Shown piece by piece: positions 16,202 through 17,045 of a stretch of DNA of 17,045 bases. Position 1 is the first letter of the stretch. Each line of letters starts with the position of its first letter. The DNA is taken from the NCBI GenBank assembly GCA_048881705.1, contig JBHLSH010000080.1, positions 1 through 17,045 on the forward strand. The letters run 5' to 3'. This DNA comes from Candidatus Heimdallarchaeota archaeon. Lineage in GTDB: Archaea > Asgardarchaeota > Heimdallarchaeia > Hodarchaeales > Hodarchaeaceae. The translations under genes and the position numbers were made by a program. Below the pieces are notes generated by a model. That model was given only the letters and a program-made list of their open reading frames with translations, did not search any database and was not told the DNA's origin.

Positions 16202-16597
16202 TCATATTATTGATCGCAGTTCATTATTAATTTTTTCCGCGATTAGGTTGGGACTCCCGCCTGGGTTTGTTACTACAAGAGATATTAGAGAGGATGAAAC
16301 TGCGATTGCTACATCTTTAGATTTACCTTGGACGTGAATGGAACGAACGTGCTCCTGGCTTAAGGTTGAGAGTGTACGCTCTCCAAGCGAGGTGCTCGCG
16401 CCAGCTAGGGCTGCATATCGATTCGTTATGGCCTGATCAGTAATTTCTGTGACCTCATTATCCGACTCTGACCGAGCAAGTGTAAGAATGGGGAGGCCCT
16501 CTGGTGTGGTTAATGATATCAGATGAATTTGGTTATTTTGTTCTAACACCTTGACCACTAAATTCCTAATCTCGGTTCTAACTTCGCCTTTGAGCAC
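16202..16597 (-). CDS. Roadblock/LC7 (MglB/LAMTOR-like) domain protein
   Basis: IHLISLTTPEGLPIL...YAALAGASTSLGERTLSTL...VRSIHVQGKSKDVAIAVSSSLISLVVT...NLIAEKINNEL. GTG start with GGTG upstream; 131 aa. Confidence 0.85.
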   Translation of the reverse strand: MLKGEVRTEIRNLVVKVLEQNNQIHLISLTTPEGLPILTLARSESDNEVTEITDQAITNRYAALAGASTSLGERTLSTLSQEHVRSIHVQGKSKDVAIAVSSSLISLVVTNPGGSPNLIAEKINNELRSII

Positions 16598-16684
16598 TTT
16601 CTAGCACCAACTCGCGTATAATGGTCTTATTAGGCAAAATTAATTCATACTCCACTTTCTTCGGATGTTATTTAAATGTTGAAA

Positions 16685-17045
16685 TCAAGATAGTGGCCTG
16701 CATATTCCTTTCTTCTCGAAAATCTCAACGTCATCTTGTGAATATCCGATCTCCTCAAGAATTGAACGCGTGTCCTCCCCAAGTCTTGGGGGAGGTGAGA
16801 CGATTCCTTCATCAATTATGTAAGGGGACTTAATCAAAGGTATCTTTCCTACGCTAGGGTGATTTATGAGAGTTATAGCCTTTCTGGCGTTCAAGGCCTC
16901 TTTTACGGTAAGAATAGGGGCACCTGGAACGTCATTCTTTTCAAATAACTCCATCCATTCCCCTAACGATCGTTGACCAAAGATGGAGGGAAGAATTGAA
17001 TTCAGGTGATCGGTATCGAATTGTTTTTCCTCAAGTTCGGGTTGG
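16685..17045 (-). CDS. Family III (CaiB/BaiF) CoA-transferase, C-terminal part (runs off the window end)
   Basis: The frame is open to 17045: ...ILPSIFGQRSLGEWMELFEKNDVPGAPILTVKEAL...HPSVG...PPPRLGEDTRSILEEIGYSQDDVEIFEKKGI. This is the typical CaiB C-terminal pattern. Confidence 0.85.
   Translation of the reverse strand, partial: QPELEEKQFDTDHLNSILPSIFGQRSLGEWMELFEKNDVPGAPILTVKEALNARKAITLINHPSVGKIPLIKSPYIIDEGIVSPPPRLGEDTRSILEEIGYSQDDVEIFEKKGICRPLS

Noticed and set aside
16185-16204. A8 run between the roadblock stop and the 658-aa start as a frameshift fusing the two proteins
   Set aside because: The roadblock TGA lies upstream of the A-run, so slippage there could not join the frames without readthrough as well. 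Separate genes are simpler.
14309-16337. Series of plus-strand ORFs of 60-100 aa opposite the 658-aa and roadblock genes, and similar short ORFs nested in other long genes
   Set aside because: They are Ser/Ile-rich antisense or alternate-frame shadows typical of codon-biased genes, with no RBS or motif support.
16791-16798. GGAGGTGA SD-like sequence on the plus strand
   Set aside because: It is explained by the antisense codons for the conserved SPPPRLG of the CoA-transferase, and no plus-strand start follows.

Overview
An archaeal-style window: it has TATA/BRE promoters, GGTGAT-type ribosome-binding sites and T-tract terminators. Three roadblock/LC7-type domains point to an Asgard archaeon, which is an inference, not a database result. 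About 16 genes are supported. In order: a partial tatC (missing from the ORF track); a standalone N6-adenine DNA methyltransferase; a membrane protein; an Lrp/AsnC regulator divergent from an archaeal AspRS-like asparagine synthetase; an HsdM fused to half an HsdS, with no HsdR in view; a YbjQ protein; a Cys/His-rich DUF2085-like membrane protein; a Zn-ribbon protein; a cyclophilin; a GNAT-like protein; and a KNTase-like nucleotidyltransferase. A minus-strand run follows: Thr/Ser dehydratase, 2-hydroxyacyl-CoA dehydratase activase, a 658-aa multidomain protein, a roadblock protein and a partial family III CoA-transferase. The best candidate for an undescribed system is the roadblock gene next to the 658-aa protein, which reads as tandem roadblock, PCI-like winged helix, coiled coil, then a split 8-ligand zinc finger. 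Other leads are a probable non-canonical ATT start that completes a Zn ribbon, a CX3CX2C motif in YbjQ, and a stem-enclosed box D/box C motif in a long intergenic region. No rRNA, tRNA, CRISPR array or transposase was seen. All family calls come from motif recognition by eye.
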